Assembly: GCA_965235115.1 (NCBI GenBank)
Contig: OZ249436.1
Location: 6,944,001 to 7,008,000, forward strand
Reading direction: 5' to 3'
Length of the DNA: 64,000 nucleotides
DNA from: Laetmonice hystrix
Lineage: Eukaryota
Position 1 is the stretch's first letter, and each line of letters starts with the position of its first letter. Below are positions 11,204 through 24,760 of this stretch, one piece after another. Made by a program: the position numbers and the translations under genes. The notes under the pieces are model-generated. The model had not been told where the DNA came from. It saw nothing but the letters and a program-made list of their open reading frames with translations, and did no database searches.

Positions 11204-14200
11204 TTTAAGTTGTGGCATATCATCCACAACGATTACCTTTCAGTACACTCATAAATTTCAACCCGTTATTAGATTTTATCTTTGCTGTGGTTCCGATACT
11301 AAGAAATGTCACTCCTTTTCAACTTCTTTAATATTAATTTTCCGTTCCGGAAATACTAATTAGAAGTGTCCTTAGAGGGTGTGCGTAGTATAAACTGCGG
11401 GTCTACATGTAGGACATCAAGTGTATCCACTTCTAAAGACCGACTAAAATCTCCTGTCATAGTATCATCAGCCGTGGATTCCCTTCGCTCCCGGCACTAT
11501 ATTCAATCAACCGTTCAATCCGTGCCTAAATCACTTGAAAAGTTGGCTTCAAGAAAACTCCAGACGCACTCACTGATCTGGGCCACTTTTAATAAAGCAG
11601 ATTGTTTAATCCACACGACCAATCATCCGCAACACAACCCATAATTCTTGCCACCTCTCTTCAACGCCTCATGGCAATTGTTGGAGATCACCAAGACAAT
11701 CTCGTTATGAGCCTGGCAGGCACAGCGGCACCATTTCATTGCTACTCCGTCGACCCTTTTAGCTAATGAGGTCTCGGTCAAATTATCTTTCTTGTTAACA
11801 CCTTCATATTCCATTCTGAAATGTCTCTTGTACTCACACATCTGTTCGTATATGTATTGAATTTATCTCACATTTATCTTTTCTCACCATTTTCTTTTTT
11901 TGCACAGAATTATTCCAGGATTTCTTCAAAATGTTCATGGCTGAAGAAGAAAATACTGAAGAGGCTTGATACACTTTGCTTCCAATCCAGTTGTCTTTAC
12001 AAAAAAAATGTAGGAGATATTTTTCCTTTGATGTGCACTATGAAACTATTGGTGACAAGACGGTAATTCAGTAACTAACTTATTAATGATAAGTTCGAGC
12101 CTGCTGTCCATCAAGTATGTATCACAGTATACTGGAGGGTGTCACTTGTACACTTCATCTATAAAACGAAACGCTTAGATCAGGGGGAAATCCTGGTACC
12201 CTTATCGTTTAGAGTCATGGTGACTGGTTACCATGACAACCACTGAGTGACTTCCTCACAGCCACATACCCCTTTTGTTTGTGAAGCTAATGAATCCTAT
12301 ATTTCATTATCACTAATTAGGAGATTAATTAGAACCGTAGTGCTTAATTGCCTATGTATGAAAGATTAATCGCACATTTAATGCAAATTAGTGTAAATGA
12401 TCACAGATATTCCAGTTTTTAATACCTAAAAAGCAATAAATCATATTCATTGCTTAATTACTATTTTGGCTAATGGCAAGTTGCCACCTCCTGAGCACAT
12501 ATATGGCATCTGAGATGATTTGATTAAAGTTAAATAGATTGCATAGCTTTGAATACTCTAATTTCTGTTGTTTCTAATCCACAAGTTTTGCCTCAGATTT
12601 GAAGTCTCAGATCCTTTCATTCAAAACTAGACAAAAAGAAAAGATACTATGCCCACCTTTTGTATTCATTACCACGAATATAAATTTTAACAAAAAGAGA
12701 TGTAAAACAAAACTTTCTGTCTGCATTGTAAGCAGTTTATTGTAAAGACAGGGTGTTATCCAACTGAACATCTAATAAGAGCTCAAAGAAACTCCATTAC
12801 TTTGAAGTGTTCAAATATTTACATCAAGTATCCTCACCGACAGCTGAGATTTTGCAGCTGAATCCCTGAACAATTATCATGATTTCTTTGAAACACTTTA
12901 CAATCGAACCTTGAGCCATCTGAGTTTTATGATTTTCTGAAAATACGCCACTCGATGTAAATACCCCCGTCTGCTTCTTAACATACTGCGTCCGGACATT
13001 CTCAGTAGAGAGAAAGAAGCCCTTTTCTCCCCTGAATGTGGTTGCCATCTTAGGCAGTGCTACGAGACTGAAGACCTCGGGTTAGACACTTATAGCAGAC
13101 CGCCATTGATTCGCGCAGCGACGGGAAACAAATTGTGGTCGTTTTGTCTTATCAGCGCCTCCCAGACTTGTGCACGTGGGAAGACGGTAACGTTAGGTTT
13201 GTGGTGGTCCCGCTGGCGGGTGGCCCTGTCTACGGCCAGTCTCCGTCCCTTAGAGATCATTCCCTCCGTTAGCTAGGCCTCCGCCAATCAATAGATCGAG
13301 CTTTAAATGCAGGTGAGCCTTTCATCTTTAATGATAGTCTGACATGTAGGATGACTCCCATGCCATGACCCAAGCTTGCACCAGGTTTTATACTGAAGAC
13401 CTACTTCAAAGCCTCAGTTCTGATTATGTGGGGTTAGGTCTACAGAAGGTAGAGACAGTTGAATATACATCAATGGGCAAGGGTAGATGGGTGGCGGGAT
13501 GGTCACTGTAGCACCCTATTAGCCTTCTTAACCCTTAGCAAACGATGGTATTGCAGAGACTAGGGTGACCCGAGGTCGGCTACACTCAGCCTCGCCCGCC
13601 GTGAAAGCCTCAATACATGAAGAAGTAAACAGACCCACAGTGTTACAGTTTATAAATCCTCAACCACAACTGATATCAATAAACAAAAAATTTAAATTTA
13701 AAAACTACATCCTCTGTTAGAGGGGTTTGAGATCCCTTGCATAAGTAAGAGTATCTCACAGAATATAAAACCTTACTATTACGTTTCTGTTAGACCTCAC
13801 TGATATCTGAATATAGGAACTGCAGCAAGTATTTCAGCTCGTTGCAGCTCACTGATAACCTCCATGAAATATAACCCTCCATGACAAGTTAAATGGCTGC
13901 ACAAGTCAAGGCATTCTGAAAATCAATCCATTGCCAATGTCCCAGCAAAACTAGATCCAATCTATAGAGGAACTAACGTCACGTCAGTCAGACGATCACG
14001 TGGGCCAGACGACAGTGTGTTGGCCCAGTTAGGGCCTGAAAAGCTGGAGACCTAATCGTCCATGATCGAAGTGATTGCCAGTATTGAAATGCAACCACTC
14101 TGCCACTGCTTTCATCCTAAATGTCCCCCATATGATCGGTTCAAATTATATCAATTTCATGTTTGAGTCTTGCTTCTACACAAGGCTGGTTCTGATTATG

Positions 14201-17200
14201 TGCCTTCTCTCTTTGTGAACCCAGGGATTGGGTTAGGGATGAGGCACATTGCCGGACCCAATGCGGTTATCAGCCTCTGTAAGCAACTCATCTCGGCTTT
14301 AGACGGCAAGACCGTCCAAGAAATGAATCAAACAAATAATGCCACCTTACAAACCTGCAATTTTTACAAAGAATTGTGGCTGACAGAAAAAACACCGCCT
14401 TTCTCCCTACCAGAGGTCAGTAATAGTCACAAATATCAAATCCTGTCTTTGCTATGATTTGCAGCTTGAATGGAAGCCTACACAAATATGATAAATTGCT
14501 AATGTTTCTGTAGGTGTTCGATGGCTTTGTTGCGGTGGTAACTGATAGCCAAGTGAAACAGTATCTCCTCTAGTTATTGATGAATTAAAATCTGGTACCT
14601 TTATGGCGAGGGTGGCTCGCTCTGGGAAGGTGCCCAGATGTGAAACGTTAACCTGGCATTATCCTCCGTCATTACCAGACACATTTGGAAAACAATTCCT
14701 TTCCAAACAAAAGATTAAACTGCAAACCAGAAATCTGAAATACAACTGCAAAGGATGAAAAAAAGTCCCACGGGGAGCGGATGATGTTCTGAATGGCGAA
14801 ATTTGAGAGCAGTTTCTCAGTGAATAATTCGTGCACGTGTTTCATGCCGTCGGAGAAATCGATGTGAAATGATCACAATGCCGTCGTCAATCCGTCTTGG
14901 ATGTGAATCAGCCATCTCACGTGTGTCCCCGCCACACCTATCATTATCAACCTGAGTATGAGCGACAAATTATGATGCAAACTGATAGCTTTCCCCTTAC
15001 GCATCATTTACACTTCAGAGTCGATTTCTTCCAGAGAATAGAGAACAGTCTGAGTCTGAAAAACACATGACCCCGTAAAACATTGCACTCTATACAGTAT
15101 TCTTCTCATGGCCAGGTCAGTGCTTCTCACTGAACAAACCAACAAACATGCGTTAACGTATGGTGGTCGTTTATTATCAGCAGAAAGGTTTCTTACCTGT
15201 AAATCACCTGACATTTTCCATGCAGGAAATCCTGCTATAGGATGGCTCATTGAGCTGTGTAATATAACCTGACGTGGCTGACGGCAACGTGAACGTGGGA
15301 CAAAGTATGAGGCCGTGATTATTCAGTCTCACTGACCAAATCTCTACTACCTGGGTCACAGCAGTCTGGGTCACTGCAGCGCTTCCTTCAACCCATAATA
15401 TCAGGGGTAGTCTGGGAAAATGGGTTTCATGTCTTTCTTCTAAGTCTAAGTAAATAGATTATAGGTGTCTGTCTGTCAGTTTGGATGGAATCTAACACTA
15501 GGCGGCTCTGTGAGTACAAACTGAATTTGGTTGTCCCAGGAGGCGTTTTCCCGGTGAATTAAATCCAATGTATTTCATTCTGGATCACTTTAAATCCAGG
15601 GTTGGTCAGAAGCCAAACTCTCTTGCAAGGTATGAAACATAATTTGGAACCAAATTTGTATAACCCTGTCATACCAGCGGGAATTATCAAAAGACTATTA
15701 TATAAAATATGCAATGACCTAATCAGAAGCTGGTAACCGAAGCCAGATTTCAACTTGTAATTGGGAAGCCACATTCGAAGTTCCGATTGAGAAGCCAGAT
15801 TAAAACCTCACCGCTGACACTTGTGGAGACCTACCCAGCTTCAGCTGTCGTAGAATCAGGTCAAATGCATTAGGTATGTAAACAAATTGAACACTATTGA
15901 TTGTGATCCCTGTGCACCTGCTCTGTGGAAAGGAGGATGTTAGATTCGAGAGTCTCCCAAATCTACCGTGATCCCTCAACTAGACTGCTAACGCTAGCAT
16001 ACTGGATGAGTTCAAACTATTCCATCCATGTCTGTAAGCGACATGACTAAAGTGTAAATATTACTGGTATATGAATGAATCCTCCTTGGATTAATAACAT
16101 ATCTGGTTCTAAAGGCTGTTATTTCTCATTATGACCCTGGATAAGTCATAGACTAAGAACAACGATACCATGTGGTATATAATATAACCTACTTTGATTA
16201 AGACATTGTCTTTGCCTGGCGGCTTGAAGGGTAAGATGGAACACGTAGTACAACTTCACATAAATGGACTCTGGCAGGTGGTCTACGCCCCCCCCCCCCC
16301 CAAGTCTCGGACCATTTGGTGGTGAGGTGTTGGTGAGGTGGTGGCCAGGTCCAGGTGGTTTTTAGTTTTGCATGGTCAGCGCCGGATGCTGGTGGTGTTG
16401 GGGGGGGGGGGTGTAGTGGACCCCTTTTTCAACGACGGGTTTTTTCCAAAAATAATTTCCCTAAATAAACCTGGTCATATTAACTTTTTTTAAATCCTCG
16501 ACCCGCCCCAGGAAGTGCACCGTCGGTCAGATGTGGACACAATTAGTATTGATGCAGGTAGGGCCTTTTATGTGGGGATAAGCTCCACATATCAATCCAT
16601 ATTTATACAGGACCAGGAATTCCGAAATAACCCATATTGATACCAGAATGATGAAAATACAAACAATGTAAATTCGGTGTAAATTTATGAATTGTGAAGA
16701 AGCAATCTTTCCAAGAGACAAAATGAATGTACACAAAATGCAACCCCTCTCTTCACATCCACAATGTATTCAGAGGCCCTCATCGAAAACCTCAGACTCA
16801 AGATTATTGATTTGGAAAAAAAATCACAAAGGCATGGGTAATCCTGGCTGCTTTCTCTTTCTGTTTGAAGTCCTTACATAGCGGCTTGGCGGTTGGAGGT
16901 TTTAGCCCCTCGGGTGTTGAGAGTCCGATACCACTGCAGGTGGCAAGCCTCTCCGAGTGAATGATTAAAGATACAGGCAGATTCAGCAGCCGGTGGCTGG
17001 AGGAAACAAAACTGCTCGGATCAGGCTCACTAATGCATTGATGCCATCTCAATTCTATTAATGATTGATGCTCAAAGTGCTCTGATCAAAGCCTACCTTG
17101 GCGGCGGGAAATGCAGCCCCGCCTAAGTGTCTGTGATAGGCCGACACGCCCTTTAAGGGGCGGCAACTGTGGCGGTCGGTCCTTGAACGCAGTGTTGGTG

Positions 17201-19381
17201 GAACCGAGGACAACCTGACTTGGTGAGTGCGCGCCACCTTGAACTTCACAAATGATAACAGAAATAGGGATCACCCAGGTAAAAACGTCAGGTGACTGGG
17301 GCATTTATACTAATGATATCTCGGATATTATTAGCTTTAGTTGCATGCTTTCATTTAATTTGACCTGGACCATAAGGACGCCGGCAGGATATCTTAACTG
17401 CATGGTTTTATCCTGGGAGAACTAATAATGTGAATGTTTTAACCTCGCGCCCCTGTTATATTTTAATTTTCTTCTTTTGGTTACATAAATTCTCCAATGA
17501 TCCTTCAACAAGCTTTTGTTTGTGACATTACGCGGTTTATTCCAGTAATTCTAATCACCTGAACAGTGAATGCGTCCATATACACGTACAAATGTATTTA
17601 TATCCCCGATTTCAAACAAGAAAGACCTAGCTTGGAGGGTCGGCAACTTATGTCCGCTCCTCTTCGGCCATCTCTTTGGTTTAAAAAAAAACTTCCCCAG
17701 GGCCTGGATCCAAGCAGAGATGGCAGTACAATGGAAGATCTCTGATCCAATGCAAAAACATTGTAACCAGTCATACTACGGCAGCAAGGACTGGTAAAAA
17801 TGGATATAAATAAGGTAATAATGAGCACTGTTTTGGATGGTTGCTGAACCGACCCATTGCCCTCACCATTGCATGCTCGCCGCCATTAAGGCAATCAGGA
17901 ACATTGCATGCCTTTGTGATATGTAACTGGAACACGCTAATGTAGGTGTTCGAAAACCAGTTTACTTGAAATCCATTCAAGACGAAAGCATCAGCTGCAT
18001 TTATGGCCAAGGACTACACTGACGCTGTGCCATCTCCATGTGTCATGCAAGAGAGAGAAAAAAATTACTGATGCAATGGAAAGTGCACTTTGATCTGATT
18101 GACAGTTCACTCAAAGAGTCATAACACCATGACTGTAAAAATGTGCGTTAAAATTATTCCAGCTTTAATCTGTCTTCTTCTGCTGAACTAAAAACAGCCT
18201 CGTTAAAACTGTTGGACAGAAGGATCTCAACATGAAGCAGCCACCGATACCACAAACAACCAGCGCGGGACTGGCTTTGGTAGTCTTCTTCAACATCAGT
18301 GAGCGAATTTGGTAATAATCTTTGTCAATCCATAACTTTACAAACTAGTCCGGAGACACTTTTGTTTACCACTCGTCGAATTATATAAAAGAAGCTGTTT
18401 CTTTGATTATGGTCAGGGGGTTGATCGCCGATATCCTTAGTGGGAAATAAAAAGTAAGACTTGTATTTATCTCGCGAAAGATAATTAATTTGGTTAAAGA
18501 GTGGTATAACCGGTCAGCGGTCTGTGACTGAATAAAAGATATTTTGTGTTTGTATAACATGCTAACGTTAACTTTATCATTCTAACAGCTTGGGTGCTTA
18601 GATATTTCCAATCAGATTGTACAAATCAAACTGACTTCAGTTATTATGTTTAATCCACAATGCTGTAATTTAAGCCATGCTGGCGGACTGGTTGTGACAG
18701 CGTTGCCAAAAGTTTCTTCTTGGTGTTGTACAAAGAAGATTGTGCTTGGAGCAGCTAATCCTCCCAGTCAGGCATGCAACGGTCGGGCTGAAGGCAGACC
18801 AGTGTCGGACACGAGACAGAGTTTTAGATTTCAGACATGGGATGTTCCCCAAACCACTGCAATGAAGTAATGGAAAGAAGACATGCAATGGTTGCTGGTG
18901 AAGAACTTGAATTAGCCATGTAGCTCTCCTTGTCATGAACACAACTCGAGCTTTGGTTTTAATGCACTCATTCGTGTCATGCAATGGTGCAAAGACCGAG
19001 ACAAAACAAAACAAGCATCAGTTTCTTTCAAACTAAGTTCCGTCTAGATGATTTTGTCACATTCTGATCTCATTAGTAAATGAGCTCGCTATCTGTCATC
19101 ACAAAATGTATTTATTTCTCCGAAAAGGATATATTTAGTCTCGCTATCTATGTTTTAAATTCCCTGAAACCTGTGAGTGCCTGTTGGTGACTTGTTTCAT
19201 TTCTCGTACCGTTAGGCAAACTGTGAGCATCAGCTTGTTGTAATCCTACATGTACATGTTAAACCTCAGAACTGAAGCACATAGATTCCTGGTATCTTCT
19301 CAATGACATACATGGTCATGAGGACGTTCGTGGGTCCTTGTGGCACAGACACGTCCTGAGGAGCAGTCTCAGCCACCACTC

Positions 19382-19395
19382 CCGCCACCTGGTGG
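19382..19395 (-). promoter_or_regulatory. CTCF consensus motif
   Basis: Minus strand CCACCAGGTGGCGG fits CCASYAGRKGGCRS with no mismatch. Binding is not demonstrated. Confidence 0.4.
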
Positions 19396-20487
19396 CGACC
19401 ACAGCGTGCTCTGAGACCACATCTGTGGTTGTGTGACAGCAACCTTTATACAGTTATTCACCACTTCTCACGAATGAAAGGGAGAAGGTAAATTGTACAC
19501 ACTTCGTTTCATCTCTTCACCTTTTTATATTTCTGAAATTACATTATCAAATTGAAAGTCGTCGCGATCTTTTACTGTCGTTGTTCTTCTAACATATGGG
19601 GATTGTCTAGCTGGTATGATGAATAAAATGTTTTCTAAAATTTACGTCCAGTCTCTCTGGTGCATGTAGATGCGGCGCTGAGATGACGTGAGATATACGA
19701 TGGTACTTGGGTCAAACACATCTGAGACTTGTAGCTTATATCACACTGCTTACTTTGATCTTCACATCCCTTGATTCACAAGCAGACGACTGACGGTATG
19801 TGGGTGGTCGTGAGCCACCGACACGACCCTCACAGAGTCTGGCCTCACAGTGACTGCTCAGGACGGCCACAACTCAACTCCCATGACACATGTCATATAA
19901 CTCTTATACAGGCTACCCCACCACCATGGAATATCTAAACCTCAAAGACAGAGAGAAAAAAGAAACTAATATGGAGGCCCTCAAAGTCGATGGTTTTACA
20001 ACCAGCAGAGATTTGAGAACGCAAGGTTGTTGGAGAAGCGATAATATTAAACAAGTCGGCGACTCAATCGTCGTCATAATGGTATCGTTCCTGAAATAAC
20101 CCCATTCAAATTTATCACAACCATCTGTGAGATATTCAACTTTCAAGACGCCAAACGTATCGCATGACCAATACAATAGAGAGGTTTTTAAACGTTACAT
20201 CACAAGCGTGGATCAGTAATATAATACCCTCCCAAGAGGGACTGCAGTATCTGCAAAATTGTGAACTTTAGGGTCGATTTCACAATTTTGCAGAGACTGC
20301 AGTCTCTCTGTGGAGGGCAGTATACACCAGCCCTGGCTCTATACAAATGGCAGGGAGTCCACTTCCTGACGATACCATGGTACTGCAGACCAAACCAATA
20401 ACAAAACTTCTAGTCTGAGACGAAACGTTAGAACGAAGGATGCTCATTCTACGGGTAGATTTATATACTTGGCTTGAACTCAGAAAG

Positions 20488-20794
20488 TGTATGCATGGGT
20501 GTAGGTCCTGAGTGAGTCCGTAAAACATGTATGTATGCATGGGTGTAGGTCCTGAGTGAGTCCGTAAAACATGTATGTATGCATGGGTGTAGGTCCTGAG
20601 TGAGTCCGTAAAACATGTATGTATGCATGGGTGTAGGTCCTGAGTGAGTCCGTAAAACATGTATGTCTGCATGGGTGTAGTCCTGAGTGAGTCCGTAAAA
20701 CATGTATGTATGCATGGGTGTAGGTCCTGAGTGAGTCCGTAAAACATGTATGTATGCATGGGTGTAGGTCCTGAGTGAGTCCGTAAAACATGTA
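20488..20794. repeat. 44-bp minisatellite, 7 copies
   Basis: Unit atgtatgtatgcatgggtgtaggtcctgagtgagtccgtaaaac. It explains the three overlapping repetitive minus-strand ORFs. Confidence 0.97.
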
Positions 20795-22148
20795 GACTAT
20801 CATGTATACCAAACGCGTTCTTTAAACATTGCTATCTACATGTATTTCTGCGCCTGTTCGTAGCATAGCCCCGAGGGCGTGTGGCCCTTCGGTGGCCCAG
20901 CAGGCCACATGGCTCCGATGAAAGTCAGGCGCATTGAAAAAGCATGGAGCTCGAGGCAATGTTGACCCTTGGTGGCAATTGAAAATGTGAGAGTGCTTTC
21001 AAGTGAACAGGGAAAGGTGAAGGCGCATGTGACAAAGATGTCACATGTACCTCAAGGGGCTGCTGGCCATGTCATGTCACCGTCGACCACGAGTCATGGC
21101 TACAACGGCGGCAGTCCCCAGCTCTGCTCACTTCCTGTACCCACAATGCCACCTCAGCGGGTCAAAGGTCACAGCCTGACCACTGGCCTCACCTCTGCGA
21201 CTTACAGGCAGCCAACACTTGCTCATTCCTTGAGCATGTGAAGCACACCACCCTTGGCAGTCGGCCACCAACTTGCCTGGCTTATTCTTGTCTCCTGGCT
21301 GAGAGTATGCTGGGGTCTCAGCATACCTTGCTTACACAATCATCACTGCTATCAAGGGTGTGGCCAATTCGTATATGCTCCTCTTGTCCATTTACTACAG
21401 GTATCCGAGTATGGTCTACTCGGGTACCTTCAACAAGAATTTGTAACGGTATCGAATACTTTTGTAGTTAATTAATAAAGATAATGATAGTCCAGTGTTG
21501 CTCTACTTATACTGGTGATGATTGCGACAAAATACAAGTACATAATATAATGTAGAATATAGCATGTAGAATAATATGAAGAAAATAATACTATTTTACT
21601 TGAAAAGGTCACACATCGTCTCATAATATTATTGACACCGTGTTTAATTCTTGTAGTAGCCTAGTTTTAGCAGTTGTGGAGGATTTACCTGACCTGGAAG
21701 TTGTTCATTATTATAGTTTACAAGATAACTCACACAATGTAGATACCTGCAACACATACATGAAAGCTATACATTTGCACTATATTAAAATAAAACATTT
21801 ATCCGACTTCTAACTTTGTGTCTTTAATAAACGTCTTAATAGTGCATTGTATCTGGGGTTGGGAAGAAGCAGATCGGGAGGTCAGCCATCAGCTGATAGA
21901 ACAAATCACCAGGGGCAGTTACTTGTTCATTCTCTCCCAGGGGTCATGACCCGACCAGCGTGCTGCTTCTCTCCACCCTCCCTGCTGTATGATTAATGGT
22001 AGGTACCCATGCACTGTGAACACATCAACAACCATATAGTTGGACCCGTCCCTCCTCCTCCTTCTCCATGGATACACACCAATACTTCTCTCACAACATA
22101 CCATAACAAAGGAAGGACTCAGATCCTGCTAACACAATACATCCCCAG

Positions 22149-22613
22149 CTGCTCTCTGCCATATACTGATCATATTCTAACAATCTGCTCTCTGTCCTAT
22201 ACTGATCATATTCTAACTATCTGCTCTCTGCCCTATACTGATCATATTCTATCTGCTCTCTGCCCTATACTGATCATATTCTAACTATCTGCTCTCTGCC
22301 CTATACTGATGATATTCTAACTATCTGCTCTCTGCCCTATACTGATCATATTCTAACAATCTGCTCTCTGTCCTATACTGATCATATTCTAACTATCTGC
22401 TCTCTGCCCTATACTGATCATATTCTAACAATCTGCTCTCTGCCCTATACTGATCATATTCTAACTATCTGCTCTCTGCCCTATACTGATCATATTCTAA
22501 CTATCTGCTCTCTGCCCTATACTGATCATATTCTAACAATCTGCTCTCTGTCCTATACTGATCATATTCTAACTATCTGCTCTGTGCCCTATACCGATCA
22601 TATTCTAACTATC
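22149..22613. repeat. 36-bp minisatellite, about 13 copies
   Basis: Unit atctgctctctgccctatactgatcatattctaact, with minor variants. Confidence 0.97.
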
Positions 22614-24484
22614 AGGAATAAATCCTATTGTCTCCCCTTTTAGAAATCACTGATAGCAGTCGTGAAGCCACTGTAGTTATTAAATATTATCATGACTGAC
22701 GATAATAAAAAATAGAGACATTATAATTAATCGTGATCTTTTAGCAGGGGAACAGCATGAGAGGTCAGGATATGTAAAACTGGTAAAAGATATCTTCTGG
22801 GACACCACTCTAACGGCTTCTCCGACATGCCCAATATTATATTCATATTTTTTCTGGTCTTTAAAGTTTTACAATCTCAAACGCAGAATGCGATACCCAC
22901 AACATAACGGTGTGGGGCTATGTAATAATATTGCCTTTCACTGCCATAGGACAGTCCCCATGACAATATCTGTCAACCCCTGCTGTCTTGATAACTTGAT
23001 AAATGTAGGGGAATGTCTCCTAAATACAATAACCTGCATGACATACTGGCAACATGAATCATACGCGCTTCAAGTCCGCCGTGTGACTGTCTAACAGACA
23101 AACAATATTTGGCACTTGTAGGATTTATGATAGAGCTCAGGGAGGCTTTCATGGCGGCAGATGGACCCGCCTGTATCTGTCTGTCATACGTCAACTACTT
23201 GCGACACACTTGTTGCTATTCTTCATGAGATGACATACGTTATGTCAAGAACCCTGAGGGGGGAGACCCTAGCTTGTATAAGGTTCCACAGCACTGAGTT
23301 GTTCTGTGAATCCAAGTTCCTGTTTCGGTGCGGGTGGTGGTGTTGCACCATGTGACATTCCACATAGTTGCTGCGTAACGTGTCACAAGCACCAATGTTG
23401 AAATGTACTTCACCCCTGGTCTACACGCGTGCTAGCTGAGTGGGAAACCTTTGGTATTGATTTCTTACTTACCCCACCAGGGGGCCAGCCATCGTTCATT
23501 CATTTCTCCAAGACATGACGTTCCCGCGACTAACCCCCACCAGTGTCAGTACATGTACTACTAACATGGAGACTTATTCCATATATAGGTCAAAGCCAGT
23601 TTTCTTACTAGCTACTATTAATTGACACAGTCTGTTCATCTATTGCCAACACACACTACATCTAAGGTGCATATCTAAATATAACATCAAGCTGAATGGT
23701 ATGAAAAATATTCATTTCAAGAAATTAATGTTCTCGACGCTCTTACTTGATACAAAATCTTACTTGATACAAAACTTCCCATTTCAACCAATTCCTGTCA
23801 TTACAGGATTTTAATTACTCGGGAGTTAAAAAATATTATGAAGAGATTTCTCTTTTTAATGAATCACCATTCTCTTTATAGCCTAATCGTCATTTTACTG
23901 ACTGTAACATTTGCTTATGTACAAAGTTTGAGTCGTAGTTTTCACACAAGTTCCGAAGTCCATCAATTCGAGCATGCAGCCCATCCATCATAACCTTGTA
24001 CAATGACCGTGGTATTTCCCCAATTTCTACAATTCTGGTCGGGGATAGGGAAATGACACCGGGGCAGCGGTTGCCATACCAGAAGTGAGACTCATGAGGG
24101 GCTCGCGGTGGGAGGTTCAGTTTTATCAGTCTACAGCCATCCTCAACTGGTACCTGACGTGAGCTAGCACTGCTCCTCGACAGGCCGGCATGACAGAGAA
24201 CCGGAGGGGGCGGCCATGACAGCAGCCGCGCAGCAAATCTCAGTTTGCTCCCGGAATTGGAATCAGCAAGGTGCAAAATATCTCAATGTCCTAAGGCGAT
24301 CGTTTGGTTGTAAATTGGCTTTAGAGTAGTGATATCCTCAGCTCATGTAGATTCAATTTATGGAGCTGGTTCAGAAAATCACTTGAGGTTTTCGTAATGG
24401 TTATATTTAATACACCTGATTATTTCTCGCGCCCACTGAATCAGAGGTCGCCTTCCGGCGACGCTTTGGGAAAGATTATCTCCG

Positions 24485-24760
24485 AGAACCGACCCTGTGA
24501 TACAATACACGACCGTCGGTGTTCCGATAGAACATCGTAATTATCTCTTAGAACCGATCCTCTGATACAGTACCCGACCGTCGGTGTTCCGATAGAACCT
24601 CGTAATTATCTCTTAGAACCAGTACACGACCGTCGGTGTTCCGATAGAACATCGTAATTATCTCTTAGAACCAGTACACGACCGTCGGTGTTCCGATAGA
24701 ACATCTTTATTATCTCTTAGAACCAGTACACGACCGTCGGTGTTCCGATAGAACATCGTA
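24485..24760. repeat. 52-bp minisatellite, 5 copies (first two longer)
   Basis: Unit agtacacgaccgtcggtgttccgatagaacatcgtaattatctcttagaacc. There are no unique spacers. Confidence 0.95.

Noticed and set aside
17840-17920. CNVPDCLNGGE as an EGF-like domain
   Set aside because: The required following cysteines are missing.
19810-19900. LTVTAQDG as a cadherin motif
   Set aside because: The frame is bounded by stops within 30 codons and has no DxNDN or other cadherin signature.
20280-20812. Three overlapping repetitive ORFs
   Set aside because: They are translations of the 44-bp minisatellite.
24485-24760. CRISPR array
   Set aside because: The units are contiguous with no unique spacers, there are no cas genes and the context is eukaryotic.
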